From: an uncultured Armatimonadetes bacterium
GTDB taxonomy: Bacteria; Armatimonadota; Hebobacteria; Hebobacterales; Hebobacteraceae
Assembly (NCBI GenBank): GCA_963716175.1
Contig: OY970296.1
Location: 96,001 to 160,000 of the forward strand
Length of the DNA: 64,000 nt
Direction: 5' to 3'
A program made the translations under genes and the position numbers. The notes beneath the pieces are model-generated. The model ran no database searches. It was not told the DNA's origin and saw only the letters and a list, made by a program, of their open reading frames with translations. Shown piece by piece: positions 30,168 through 40,875 of the stretch (position 1 is its first letter; each line of letters starts with the position of its first letter).

Positions 30168-30198
30168 CGTGGCCGCATCCGAGAAGCGGGGTCTCCCC

Positions 30199-30540
30199 AT
30201 GCCAGCCATCAGCGGTGACATTCTCAAGGGCAACACTCTCACTCTTATCCTCAGTCTGCTCGAAGAGCAGCCGATGTACGGGTTCCAGATCTCGCGAGAG
30301 GTCGAGCGGCGGAGCGAGGGGACGTTGCGCTTTAGAGAGGGGCTGCTCTATCCGGCACTGCACCAACTGGAGAAGGAAGAACTGGTCGAGGCCGAATGGA
30401 AGGTCTCGAGCCAGGGGCCGCGGCGCAAGTACTACCGGCTGACCGGGAAAGGCAGGCGGCAGGCGGAGAGGCTGCGCAGGAGATGGGCGGCATTCGCGGG
30501 CGCGGTGAACCAGGTGCTCGGGAGCAAGGCCCGTGGTTAG
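30199..30540 (+). CDS. PadR family transcriptional regulator
   Basis: LKGNTLTLILSLL...PMYGFQI...EGLLYPALHQLE...RRKYYRLT. Confidence 0.92.
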   Translation: MPAISGDILKGNTLTLILSLLEEQPMYGFQISREVERRSEGTLRFREGLLYPALHQLEKEELVEAEWKVSSQGPRRKYYRLTGKGRRQAERLRRRWAAFAGAVNQVLGSKARG

Positions 30541-31186
30541 CATCGAGGCGTACCTGGACAGAGTCTGCGGCAAGCTCCGGGTGAACCCGGCAGAGGCGGA
30601 GGACATCCGCGAGGAGCTGCGGTCTCACCTCGAAGAGACCATCCGCGGGCGGCTCGAGCGCGGACTCAGTGAAGCGGCCGCGATCGACTTCGCCATTGCC
30701 TCGGTCGGCGATCCGGTGAAGCTGCATGAGTGTCTCGACCGGGTGCATGGCGGCGACCCGTGGTGGGTGCGGCGGCTGAAGGGCTTTGCCTTCGGCATGC
30801 TCATGGGCGGGTTCCTCGCGCTGCTGATCCCCCTGGGCGGCCATTTCGAGTTCGCCGCCCGGCTGATCTCGCTCCCTGCAGCCGTCGATCCCTCTCGGCT
30901 CCCTATGCTGCTCAACGGTCTCCTCGCCGGCGGCGTCATTGGCTTGCTCGCCGCGGGTGGTGGCGGGGTACTGGTCGGGTGGAGCGCTGGCGCGGTGCTG
31001 TGGCTGGCCGAGTATGTAACCTATTGGATGGCGCAAGCCGCCGGTGGCGATGTGAGCTCGGCCGGCAGCATGCTCGAGCGGGTGCTGCTCGCGCCGCTCT
31101 TGGGTGGTCTCTTCGGTGCCGCGGTTGGCGCCGCGTCATCGGCCGTTCTCGCCGCGGCCTCTCGCTTCCGGCCGCGGGTTCAGTAG
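30533..31186 (+). CDS. HAAS / permease-prefix domain membrane protein
   Basis: IEAYLDRV...DIREELRSHLEE...AIASVGDP followed by transmembrane helices; overlaps padR. Confidence 0.8.
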   Translation: MVSIEAYLDRVCGKLRVNPAEAEDIREELRSHLEETIRGRLERGLSEAAAIDFAIASVGDPVKLHECLDRVHGGDPWWVRRLKGFAFGMLMGGFLALLIPLGGHFEFAARLISLPAAVDPSRLPMLLNGLLAGGVIGLLAAGGGGVLVGWSAGAVLWLAEYVTYWMAQAAGGDVSSAGSMLERVLLAPLLGGLFGAAVGAASSAVLAAASRFRPRVQ

Positions 31187-31232
31187 GCTCTCCTCTGAGT
31201 GATCGCGTACGATAGGCATTCTGGTGCGAGCA

Positions 31233-31251
31233 GTATATCAGTTGCTTATAC
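31233..31251. promoter_or_regulatory. Second putative PadR operator upstream of the lipoprotein/ABC operon
   Basis: GTATATCAGTTGCTTATAC; its reverse complement matches 30149-30167 at 17 of 19 positions. Confidence 0.7.
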
Positions 31252-31270
31252 TCCAAACTACAGAGGAAGC

Positions 31271-31894
31271 ATGCCCCGAGGCAGCTGGCTGATCGCACTC
31301 CTGCTTCTTGCCGTGTTCCCGCTGGCCGGGTGCGGGCGCAGTACCGCGCGAACCACCACACCGAGGGCGTCAAAGGCTGTGACGAGCATTCCATTGCCCG
31401 AGTGGGCGCCCAAGAGCCCGTCGCCGGAGTTCCTGCGGGCGGCGAGGGTGCTCAGGCCGATGCCGGATGAGGTCAGCGTAGCGCAGGACAGAGGGGACAT
31501 GGTCGGCAGAGCGTGGAGCGAGAAGTATCACCGCACCTTCGTCGCGGCCTGGGAGTTCTTCGGCAGTCTGACAGATCAGCAGATCGAGCGCTTCGTGGCG
31601 ACGAAGAGGCTGCGCCTGCTGGTCAAGGATCTGACACCGCAGCAGCGGGCCGCGCTGTACCACCACTTCGATGTCTGGCGGGAGACGATGAGGGGCGTGC
31701 CCGCGGACTACCAGGATCAGTTCGGGGAAGACTGGCTGGTTGAGCTGTACCGGCTTGGCGCGAAGCAGGACCTGTCGAACGTCGAGATCACCTTCGAGGT
31801 CCGGAGCAGTCATCGGGTGGCGATCTTCATGCGGGCGCAGTTGGCCGGGGGCAAGCTCAGCGCCCCGTGCCCGGCCGGGATCGGGCAGCTCTGA
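31271..31894 (+). CDS. Lipoprotein of unknown function (paralog A)
   Basis: Lipobox LAGC; PLPEWAPKSPSPEFLRA motif shared with the next two genes. Confidence 0.75.
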   Translation: MPRGSWLIALLLLAVFPLAGCGRSTARTTTPRASKAVTSIPLPEWAPKSPSPEFLRAARVLRPMPDEVSVAQDRGDMVGRAWSEKYHRTFVAAWEFFGSLTDQQIERFVATKRLRLLVKDLTPQQRAALYHHFDVWRETMRGVPADYQDQFGEDWLVELYRLGAKQDLSNVEITFEVRSSHRVAIFMRAQLAGGKLSAPCPAGIGQL

Positions 31895-31914
31895 TGTGAT
31901 CGGAAGGAGGCAGT

Positions 31915-32520
31915 ATGCGCGGCAGTGCGATGGGCCTGCTGGCGGCAGTGCTGGTCGCATTCTGCATGGCGGGTTGTGGGCGGAAGTCGGCCCAGCAGCC
32001 GCCGAAACCGGCGGCACAGAAGAGCGCAGTGCCGCTGCCGGAATGGGCCCCGAAGAACCCCTCGCCGGAGTTCATGCGGGCGTGGAAAGCCCTCAAGCCG
32101 GCGCCGCTTGAACAGCTTCGGGCCTTTGCGCACGGTGATAAGGCTGGCGAAGCGCAGATGATGAAGAGTCTCCGCTTCTGGCCAGCTTCCTATGAGTTCT
32201 TCGGGACTCTCAGCGACGAGCAGATAGAGAAGTTTCGGGCGGAGAAAGAGCTTCGCATCCGGCCTAGAGACTTGACGGAACGTCAGCGCGCCGCTCTGGA
32301 GGTGTGGTTCGCGGCCTTCCGCGAAGCCGAGAAGGGAGGCGATCCTGAGACCTCCGACTACCAGATCATGCTCTACAAGATGGGAGCAAGGGAGGACCTC
32401 TCCAACGTCCGGGTCGGCTTCGTGGCGAACGCGGGCCACGCGGTGCACATCGCGTTCTGGATCACAGTGCCTGGAGGGAAGGAGGTGGGCCCCATATGCA
32501 CGTGGTTCGCGGAGCTGTGA
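31915..32520 (+). CDS. Lipoprotein of unknown function (paralog B)
   Basis: Lipobox MAGC; PLPEWAPKNPSPEFMRA, EFFGTLSDEQIE, YKMGAREDLSNV. Confidence 0.75.
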   Translation: MRGSAMGLLAAVLVAFCMAGCGRKSAQQPPKPAAQKSAVPLPEWAPKNPSPEFMRAWKALKPAPLEQLRAFAHGDKAGEAQMMKSLRFWPASYEFFGTLSDEQIEKFRAEKELRIRPRDLTERQRAALEVWFAAFREAEKGGDPETSDYQIMLYKMGAREDLSNVRVGFVANAGHAVHIAFWITVPGGKEVGPICTWFAEL

Positions 32521-32543
32521 GGGACAGCCACAGAGGAGGAAGC

Positions 32544-33158
32544 ATGGTTCGGTTCGGGTTCATCGTTGGCATCATCGTGATCGCTGTACTCGCATCAGCC
32601 GGCTGCGGTCATCGCACCACACGGAAGTCGGGTGCGGCTACGCCTGCGCCAAAGAGCGCCATCCCGCTCCCCGAATGGGCCCCCAAGAACCCCTCGCCGG
32701 AGTTCCTGCGGGCGGCGCGGGTGCTCAGGCCAATGCCGGATGAGATGGTGCAGCAAATGGCTGGGGAATCGCCGGGGCTGAAGGTCTTGTTCCAGCGGTA
32801 TCACGGCACGTTTCCGGCGAGCTATGAGTTCTTCGGTACGCTCGATGATCGCCAGATCGAGCATTTCCGCGCTGCCAAGGTTGTCCGCATTCCAGCTAAG
32901 TCCCTAACAGCGAAGCAAAAGAGTGCCCTCAACCACTGGTTCGAGAGCTGGCGCGAAGTCATGAAAGGAGCGGGCTCGGGATTTGAGGATTACCTGGTCA
33001 CTGTCTACAAGATGGGTGGCAAGGAAGACCTCTCGAACGTGGATGTCGGTTTCTTCGCGCCGGGCGGAGCAGGTGGCCACAACGTCCATATCTACTTCTG
33101 GGTGCGAATGCCCGATGGGAAAGTGAATGACTTCGGCACCGCGTTCGCGATCATCTGA
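32544..33158 (+). CDS. Lipoprotein of unknown function (paralog C)
   Basis: Lipobox SAGC; PLPEWAPKNPSPEFLRA, EFFGTLDDRQIE, YKMGGKEDLSNV. Confidence 0.75.
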   Translation: MVRFGFIVGIIVIAVLASAGCGHRTTRKSGAATPAPKSAIPLPEWAPKNPSPEFLRAARVLRPMPDEMVQQMAGESPGLKVLFQRYHGTFPASYEFFGTLDDRQIEHFRAAKVVRIPAKSLTAKQKSALNHWFESWREVMKGAGSGFEDYLVTVYKMGGKEDLSNVDVGFFAPGGAGGHNVHIYFWVRMPDGKVNDFGTAFAII

Positions 33159-33178
33159 GTGCCGTAGGATGGCGCCCG

Positions 33179-35666
33179 ATGGCTGACACCCTCCATCTCG
33201 CCTGGCTTTCCATAACTCGCCACCGGCTGCGCTCCCTGCTCGCCATGGCGGGGGTGGCGGTAGGGGTGTGCGCGCTGACCTCGATCATGTCGGTGGAGAA
33301 GTCGTGGCGGCGGGCGGTGACGGATTTCTTCTCCTCTATGGACCTGGAGACGGTGCGAGTGGCGCTGCCCGCGGGCGAGAAGTGGCGGGAGCAGGGGTTC
33401 AGGAAGCCGGCGCTAGACAGCAGCGATCTCGCTGCCGTCTCGGCGCTGCGGCCGGCGGTCGCGTCGGCGACGCTGATGAGCTGGACGACGATGCGCGCCG
33501 AGACCGACGACGGCTCGGCCTTAGAACTGGCGGTGCGCGCGGTGGACGCGGACTTCACCAGGACGCTGCCAGACGAAGTGAAAGAGGGGCGGCTGTTCAC
33601 CGCCGCAGAGGCGGCGAAGCAGGCTCCAGTCTGCCTGCTCTCATTCGAGGCGAGGGTGTGGCTGTTCGGCGACGGGCAAGCGGTCGGCCGCCGCATCCGC
33701 ATCGAGGGGAACGGGTTCGAGGTCGTGGGCGTGATCGCCGGCAACCGCCACGCCGGAATCGGAACGCGGGCGGTCTACGTGCCCGCGAGCTGGACCCGCG
33801 CGCTGCTCAAGGCGCGATTCGGCATCGAGCCGCAGACCGAGGTCTTCGCCCGCACCACCGACCCGAAGCTCGCGGTGGCGCAGATCGAGCGACTGATGCG
33901 CGAGCGCGCCGGCGGAGACAACACCCGACCGTTCACTCACTCCCTCTGGCAGGTGCGTGAGGCCGCCCTCAACGCACGCAACCGCGCCACCCTCTACAGC
34001 GGGATAGCGGGCCTCTGCGCGCTGTTGGCGGCAGGCATCGGCATCGCTTCACTGCTCTTCGTCTCGGTCGCAGAGCGCTCCCGCGAGATCGGCGTTCACC
34101 GGGCGCTGGGCGCGTCGAAGGCGCATATCTACGGCGAGTATCTGCTGGCGTCGGTCATGCTCTCCTCGGGCGGGGCGCTGCTCGGCGCGCTCGGGGGCAT
34201 CCCGGCAGCCGCGGCGGGCGCGTTCACCTCGCGCTGGCAGCCTGTGCTCGACCCGCTCGCGGGTGAGATGCTGATGGAGGGCGCACGCGAACTGCCCAAG
34301 CTCTCAGACATCGCGCTGATGGTGTCGTGGGATGCGATCGCCATCGCGGTGGCGCTGGCGCTGCTCACCGGCGCAACTGCGGCGCTGGCGCCGGCATCGG
34401 AGGCGGCCGCGGTTGATCCGGCACTGGCCATGTCGCTGCGCCCGGGCACGCGCAACTACCTGCGCAAGTTGCTGACGTGCTTGCAGGTGGGCTTCGGCGT
34501 TCTTGTCCTCGTCGTGCTGACATCATACTTCTCCGTGCTCGAAAGCCAGGAGAAGGCCGAGGCGCGCGATCTGCTAGGCCAGGATCGAGTGTCGGCGATC
34601 GCGGACCCGATCGCCGCGCTGCGGAAGCCGGTCGAGAGGAAATACCTGGAGGGGTGCAAGGACGCGCTGGCGAGCGTCGCCGGCTCGCCCGCCGCGCTCG
34701 ACAGGCTGCGCCGCGCAGACCCCCCTGCTCGCGTCGCTGACCCCGGTCGTCCCGCTCACGCTATCTGTTGGGTCGGGCGCAGGTAAGGCTCAGGAGGTCG
34801 AGGTGATGCTGACCACGGCCGAGGTCTTCGCCTACAAGCCCGAGCTGGTGGGTCAGGAACTGCAGCGAGTGGTGCGCGCCTTCCGCGCAGGGGAGCCCGT
34901 CGCCGTCATCAACCCCGAGGTGAAGGATGATCTCTTCGCAAAACAGGACCCAGTGGGCAAGACGATCAGCATCGCGGGCAGCAGATTCACGGTCATCGCC
35001 GTTCGCCCCAACCCCGTGGGCATGTCGGGGATGCGTCAGGCCTGGGCGCCAATCGCGTTCTACCAGACGCTGAAGCGCCGGGCGCCGCCGGGCTCGGCGA
35101 TGAGCTTCATGGACGAGGCGCGGGTTGACGCGCGGCCGGTGGATGAGCGCCGCTACGCGGAGGCGCTGGCGCAACTGCGGGACGCGCTGCTGCCGATGCT
35201 GCCGGAGCAGTACCGCAGGGGCATCAAGTTCAGCGAGCAGATCCCGGAGACCACCAAGCAGTTCATCTTCCAGCAGAAGGCGGTGGCAGTGCGTGGCGCG
35301 GTCGGCGCTCTGGCGGTGCTGCTGGTGGCTCTGATCGGACTGGCGAACATGCTGTTGGTGTCGGTGCACCAGGAGGTGCGCGAGACCGGCGTGCGGCGCG
35401 CCTTCGGCGCGCAGAAGTCAGATGTGGTCATGCACTTCCTGGGCGAAGGTCTGCTGCTGAGTGTCGTTGGCAGCGCCGGCGGCCTGGCGGCAGGCGGGCT
35501 GGTCTGCTGGGCGACGCGGGTGTGGGCGAACCTGCCGATCTCCGTGTCAGCGTTCTGGGCCGTAGCCGGCGCAGTGGCGACGGTCGTGGCAGGCGCGGCG
35601 ACTTCGCTGCTGCCGGCGGCGGTGGCCGCGCGGATCCATCCGGTTGAGGCACTTCGCTATGAATGA
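33179..35666 (+). pseudogene. MacB/FtsX-type ABC permease with two repeats, split by a frameshift near 34711
   Basis: HRLRSLL..GVAVGV, SVAERSREIGVHRALGA, second half ..IHPVEALRYE; frames join by removing one C at about 34710-34725. Confidence 0.8.
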
Positions 35667-35675
35667 GGGCCGATC

Positions 35676-36896
35676 ATGATGTGGTTTCGAGTGCTGGGGC
35701 TGATCGTTGTCGTCATCGTCATCGCGGCGATGGGAGGCTGGTGGTTGATGCGAGGCCAGACAGCCGCGCCGCCAATCGGGGCGAGCGCGGACCGGCTGAA
35801 GGCCGACGCTGGGGCGGCTGCGCCCAGGTCGGAGCCGCTCCCCAAGATCGACCGCGATACGTTGACCTTGCCAGGCATCGTCGAGCCCTACGAGAGCGTG
35901 CCGGTGAGCGCCAGACTCACCGCCAACATCGCCTCCATGAAGGTCCGCGACAGCACTCTGGTTACGAAGGGTGAACTGCTCTGCGTGCTCGACGATACCG
36001 ACCTGCGGCAGGATATAGACTCCGCGCAGCTGGCGTTGATGCAGGCCCAGGAAACCCTCCGAAGATCGAAGGAAACCCACAACGCTGACCTGGAGCGCAA
36101 GCGGGTGGTGATGGCGACCGCGCAGACCGATCTGGAGAGCTTCCGCACCGAAAGCGCGGCGCAGATCCAGCAGGCGGAAGCGGCCCTGAGGCGAGCGCAA
36201 GCTGAGGCGGAGCGGTATCAGAAACTGTATCAGTCGAATGCCATCTCCGAGGAGCAGGTGCGGCTGAAGCGAGAGGCGGCCGAGGACGCTGAGACCGCGC
36301 TCGAGCAGCACCGGGCAGCGGCCGCGGCCGGCATCGCGTCCCGGCAGAGGGCGCTCCAGCAGGCGCAACTCGAGGCCGGGCAGGAGTCGGTGTCCGAGAA
36401 GGACATCATCGCGGCCGAGCTGGCGGTCACCAATGCCCAGAACGAGTTCTCGAAGCGGGAGCGGAGAAGAGCCGACATCCGCATTATGGCCCCGGTCGGC
36501 GGAACGGTGCACTTCATCCCGCGCACGCGGACCACGGCCATGGTCGTGACCGGCCCCGGCGCAGAGGTGCTCGGGCCGGGCGTGCGGGTGTACGAGGGCG
36601 ATCCGTTCCTGGAGATCGCGACCACCGAGCAGGCCTGCGTGCGCATCGAGGTGGATGAGACGGACATTGGGCGGCTCCACATCGGCATGCCCGCGAAGAT
36701 CACCGGCGACGCGTTCGCCGGGCGCGAGCTGACCGGGCGGATATCGGAGATCCAGACATCGGGCCGCAAGGCGGGTGAAGGGGTAACGCTTTTCCCCGTC
36801 ACCGTATTCATCAGCTCACCCCTGGAGGACGTGCGCATGGGGATGACGGCTGATGTGACCATCAGGTGCCCGCCCTCAAGAAGGGACAAAGGATGA
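35676..36896 (+). CDS. Efflux periplasmic adaptor (MacA/HlyD family)
   Basis: N-terminal anchor, coiled-coil hairpin, IMAPVGGTV, EVDETDIG, RMGMTADV. Confidence 0.85.
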   Translation: MMWFRVLGLIVVVIVIAAMGGWWLMRGQTAAPPIGASADRLKADAGAAAPRSEPLPKIDRDTLTLPGIVEPYESVPVSARLTANIASMKVRDSTLVTKGELLCVLDDTDLRQDIDSAQLALMQAQETLRRSKETHNADLERKRVVMATAQTDLESFRTESAAQIQQAEAALRRAQAEAERYQKLYQSNAISEEQVRLKREAAEDAETALEQHRAAAAAGIASRQRALQQAQLEAGQESVSEKDIIAAELAVTNAQNEFSKRERRRADIRIMAPVGGTVHFIPRTRTTAMVVTGPGAEVLGPGVRVYEGDPFLEIATTEQACVRIEVDETDIGRLHIGMPAKITGDAFAGRELTGRISEIQTSGRKAGEGVTLFPVTVFISSPLEDVRMGMTADVTIRCPPSRRDKG

Positions 36897-39445
36897 GAGA
36901 CGTCCTCGCACTGGCCTGGCAGTCGCTACGTCTCCACAAACTTCGGGGTCTGCTTGCCATCGGCGGAGTGGCGATCGGGATCACCGCCATCACCGGGATC
37001 ATCTCGGCCGAGACCTCTTGGGTGAAGGCGCTCGACCAGACCTTCGCTCAGCTCGGCGTCACCAAGATCGCGGTGGACCCGCCGGCGGCGGACGCGAGGG
37101 CGATGCGCCGCTACCTGACGCTCGGCGACGTTGACGAGATCAGGAGCGCCTGTTCGCTGGTGAAGTCCGCAATAGCCATGAGCTGGTCGCGCATGACGGT
37201 GCGGATCGGAGGCAGCGCCCAGACTCTCACCGTCAAGGCCGCGGGCCTCGGCATCGAGGACGCGCTCGGTCTCCAGATGCTCGCCGGGCGCAAGCTCAGC
37301 GCCAATGACCTGGAGCGAAGATCGCCTGTCTGCCTGGTCTGGGACTTCGTTGCGCGCGAGGCCTTCGAGGGGCGCGACCCTCTCGGGCAGACGATGCGCA
37401 TCGGCGACCGCGCCTTCACCATTGTCGGCCTGTTCAATGACAACAGCGGCGACCACGCCTACCGCCAGGCCATGGTCGGCCGGCGGGCGGAGGCCTACAT
37501 CCCGATCACCACCGCTCAGCGCATCCCCGAGCTCAACGGCGTGCACAAGATCATGGTCCAGGCCGACGACCAGGTGGGGGCGGCGGCCCAAATCACCGCG
37601 CTGCTGCGGGATCGGCTGCGGGCGAAGTCCACCGCTACCTTCGTCACCTCTCGCGCGAGCATGAAGGATGCTGCCATTCGCTCCCGCCGCCGCGTGTCGC
37701 TCTTCGTCGCCCTCGCCGGGTTCATGGCTCTACTGGTGGCCGGCATGGGCGTGGCGAACCTGCTCTTTGTTTCCGTCGCCGAGCGGTCGAGGGAGATCGG
37801 CATGCGGCGGGCGCTGGGCGCGGGCGCCTGGGCGATAGCCTGGCAGTTCCTCGTGGAGTCGCTCCTGCTCTGCTGCGCGGGCGCCGTGGCCGGCGTAAGC
37901 GCCGCCGTGCTTCTCACCCGCGCTTTCTTCGCCATCGCTTTCCCTGACGCCATCGGCGCCCAGAATCCCATCTACTCCGCACGCGTCGAGCAGTTGGCGA
38001 CGCTGCAACTCCCGGGAGCGAAGCCTGAGGTGGCCTGGGCGGCAGTGGCCATCTCTGCCGTTGTCGCCGTGGTGACGGGGCTGCTCGCAGGGCTGGAGCC
38101 CGCCCTCACCGCCGCCGGGATCCACCCCGCTCAGGCGATTCGCGTCAGTCCGGCGCAGCGCCATCGCGCCCGGGCCGTGATGACCGTGGTGCAGCTGGCC
38201 CTTGGCGTCGCTGCTGTGCTGCTCTTGGTATCCTTCTACGAGGGACGTGCCCAGACCGAACTCGCATCACTGAAAGAAGGCGCAGGCGCGAACCGAGTCG
38301 AGCTGCGATTTGCCGATGCGATCCCGGGCTACGCCCTCAACGACAGCCTCCCCGCGATCTATACCGGCCTCAGCGGCCTGACCAAGATCGCGCAGAAGCC
38401 AGAGGAGTTCCGCAGGCTGCTCAGCGAGCTATCGCTCTTTTCCTATCTCGATCCGAGGATGCAGTACAGGACGAGTGTCCGGGCCGGCGCGCGAGCGGTG
38501 CGAGTTGAGGGCACTGAACTGCCTATCATCCTCGGTACCGTCCCGCACGCCCTGGAGGTCGATATCGACAGCGCGCGCAAGGCCGACGTCGTGCCGAAGG
38601 ACGCGGGGCCGATGATGGCCGAGGGGCAGTTCTTCTCGGATCGGGATCTGGATGAGGTGCGGCGCGTCTGCGTCCTCCCCTACTCCATGGCCCAGACCCT
38701 TTTCGGGTCCAATGCGGCCACCGGCCAGACGGTGGTCATCGGCGGCCGGCCATTTCAGGTATCGGGCGTTCTCGCGCCCTGGGTCGAGAAGGTCGGGCCG
38801 GACGCGGAGAAGCACTTCCCCGTTCTCGTGCCGGCCACGACTTTTGCCCGCGAGATCCACAGTTACACCGATATAATGGACATGGCCCAGAGCGGCTGGT
38901 TCGGGGCTGCGCTTCGCGTGAAGGACACAGCTCAGGCGCCCGCGGCGCTGAAGCAACTCGAGGCCGCGGTGCTCGCACGCATTCGGCTGCCCAAGCACGT
39001 GGTGGTCTACCCGCAGGGGGACCTGGTCTCCGCAGTCGATGTGGCGAGCCGACAGCGCTCGGCCGAGCTGCGCGCAGGAGCGGGAGGGATTGCTGCGCTC
39101 CTCATCGCCATCGTCGGCCTGGTGAACATGCTGCTGGTGTCAGTGCACGAGAGCGTGCGCGAGGTGGGCCTGCGGCGGGCGCTGGGCGCGCTGCGCAGCC
39201 AGATCGGCTGGCAGTTCGTGCGCGAGGGCATGACGCTCGCAGGGGCCGGCTCAGTGCTCGGCCTTGCCGTCGCCCTCGCCACCGCCCGGTGGCTTGGCAA
39301 GCTCGCCGACGTCCCCATCCACACGCCCGCGGCCTGGGCCGCCCTCTCCGCCATCGGCGCGGTCATCGTCGGCTGCATCGCCTCTCTGGGCCCCGCCCTC
39401 CACGCCGCCCGCGTCGAGCCCGTCGAAGCCCTGCGATACGAGTGA
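36893..39445 (+). CDS. MacB/FtsX-type ABC permease with two repeats
   Basis: HKLRGLL..GVAIGI, SVAERSREIGMRRALGA, NMLLVSV.E..REVGLRRALGA, VEPVEALRYE. Confidence 0.88.
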   Translation: MRDVLALAWQSLRLHKLRGLLAIGGVAIGITAITGIISAETSWVKALDQTFAQLGVTKIAVDPPAADARAMRRYLTLGDVDEIRSACSLVKSAIAMSWSRMTVRIGGSAQTLTVKAAGLGIEDALGLQMLAGRKLSANDLERRSPVCLVWDFVAREAFEGRDPLGQTMRIGDRAFTIVGLFNDNSGDHAYRQAMVGRRAEAYIPITTAQRIPELNGVHKIMVQADDQVGAAAQITALLRDRLRAKSTATFVTSRASMKDAAIRSRRRVSLFVALAGFMALLVAGMGVANLLFVSVAERSREIGMRRALGAGAWAIAWQFLVESLLLCCAGAVAGVSAAVLLTRAFFAIAFPDAIGAQNPIYSARVEQLATLQLPGAKPEVAWAAVAISAVVAVVTGLLAGLEPALTAAGIHPAQAIRVSPAQRHRARAVMTVVQLALGVAAVLLLVSFYEGRAQTELASLKEGAGANRVELRFADAIPGYALNDSLPAIYTGLSGLTKIAQKPEEFRRLLSELSLFSYLDPRMQYRTSVRAGARAVRVEGTELPIILGTVPHALEVDIDSARKADVVPKDAGPMMAEGQFFSDRDLDEVRRVCVLPYSMAQTLFGSNAATGQTVVIGGRPFQVSGVLAPWVEKVGPDAEKHFPVLVPATTFAREIHSYTDIMDMAQSGWFGAALRVKDTAQAPAALKQLEAAVLARIRLPKHVVVYPQGDLVSAVDVASRQRSAELRAGAGGIAALLIAIVGLVNMLLVSVHESVREVGLRRALGALRSQIGWQFVREGMTLAGAGSVLGLAVALATARWLGKLADVPIHTPAAWAALSAIGAVIVGCIASLGPALHAARVEPVEALRYE

Positions 39446-39464
39446 GGAAAAGGGAGAAGAAGCC

Positions 39465-40169
39465 ATGGCAATGCCGAGAGAAGATTGGGTCATACCCCTG
39501 ATCAGGCTGAAGGATATCAAGAAAACCTACGTCATGGGCAAGGTCCCGGTGGGCGCGCTGCAGGGCGTGAACCTTGAGATCTCCGATGGCGAGATGGTGG
39601 CGATCATGGGGCCGTCGGGATCGGGAAAGACCACGCTGCTGAACATCCTTGGGCTACTCGACACTCCTTCGATCGGGTCATACAGACTGGCAGGCGACGA
39701 AGTGGCGAAGCTGGCCGATCGCAGGCGCAGCCAGCTCAGGAACAAGCGCTTCGGGTTCGTGTTCCAGGTCTACAACCTGCTGCCGCGGCTCACCGCGGCC
39801 GAGAATGTGATGATCCCACTGATCTACGGGGGCGTGAAGAAGCGGGATCGCCGGCCGCGGGCGGAAGCCGCGCTGGAGGCGGTGGGGCTCAAGGACCGCC
39901 TCCGCCATAGGCCGAGCGAACTCTCCGGCGGCGAGCAGCAGCGAGTCGCCATCGCGCGGGCGCTCGTGAACGAACCCTCGGTGATCCTGGCCGATGAGCC
40001 GACGGGGAACCTGGACAGCAAGTCGGGCGCGGCGATCATGGACTTGATGCAGCAGCTTCACCAGGATCGCAAGGTCACCATCGTTCTTGTTACACACGAC
40101 TCGAACATCGCTGCCCGCGCCGAGCGCACTATCCGGCTGAGCGACGGGCAGGTCGAGGCCGTCGCATAG
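39465..40169 (+). CDS. ABC transporter ATP-binding protein (LolD/MacB type)
   Basis: [39 protein letters not shown]. Confidence 0.93.
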   Translation: MAMPREDWVIPLIRLKDIKKTYVMGKVPVGALQGVNLEISDGEMVAIMGPSGSGKTTLLNILGLLDTPSIGSYRLAGDEVAKLADRRRSQLRNKRFGFVFQVYNLLPRLTAAENVMIPLIYGGVKKRDRRPRAEAALEAVGLKDRLRHRPSELSGGEQQRVAIARALVNEPSVILADEPTGNLDSKSGAAIMDLMQQLHQDRKVTIVLVTHDSNIAARAERTIRLSDGQVEAVA

Positions 40170-40438
40170 GCAGACTCGGGGGCCGCCGGGACTGCTCTTT
40201 GTTCATCTGTGTGTCTCAGGCAGCCGTGGAGCCACCTGTCCTTGTTACGCGGCAATGGAACCGCCCAGATTGGCGTCTCTCGACCATTAGGTGCCGCACC
40301 GGTGGCAGCACCAACCCGGCCGGGTCCGACATGGATCCCACATATGGATAGCTGCACCGGCAGCGCGGGCATACGGCGCCGGGTGCTGTCCGCGGTGGCC
40401 CATGCTTCCCTGGGCCGGAGCGTGCAAGGCCGGTTCCA

Positions 40439-40745
40439 TCACAGCCTAACAACCACACGGGCCAGGGAGCGGCGTTCTTCATGGGTGCAGCGCAGCCGGC
40501 CCGGCATCTTGGACTTGAGCGTCCGGTTCTCCAGCAGCAGGTGCCTGTTCTGCAATGTCAGCTCCCGACACAGCAGTCGCGCCAAGGGGGCGATCACGGG
40601 CAGGTGGACCCACTCGACTCCCCGCTCAGTATCCCTTTCGATCCTCGCTAGCCTCCCGCAATAGGGGTATCAGCGAGTGCCGAGGATACCACGAGAGGCC
40701 GCAGGAGCAGTCTGGCAGCCAGATGAGTTTCGGAACAGGACCAGG
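40439..40745 (-). mobile_element. Left-end remnant of the same transposase family as 1823-2450
   Basis: Minus strand encodes [51 protein letters not shown]; end motif GCCAGATGAGTTTCGGAACAGGAC resembles GCCAGATGGGTCTTCGGACAGGAC at 2513-2536. Confidence 0.75.
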
Positions 40746-40875
40746 AAGGGCGTTGACCCCGAAGACCCTGCCGGCCAGCCCGCCTGAGGCGGGCTGGCCG
40801 CGGCAGGGGCAAGCTCTCGCCTCACGAAGAGAGCACCCGCGGGCCTTGACTCTTGGTGAAAGGAGATTCCCCTTG

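Noticed and set aside
31391-32740. Three ~45-bp DNA repeats (CCCGAATGGGCCCC...CCGGAGTTC) as a CRISPR or DGR-type repeat
   Set aside because: They are the conserved coding motif of three paralogous lipoproteins, about 640 bp apart; no cas or reverse transcriptase gene is present.
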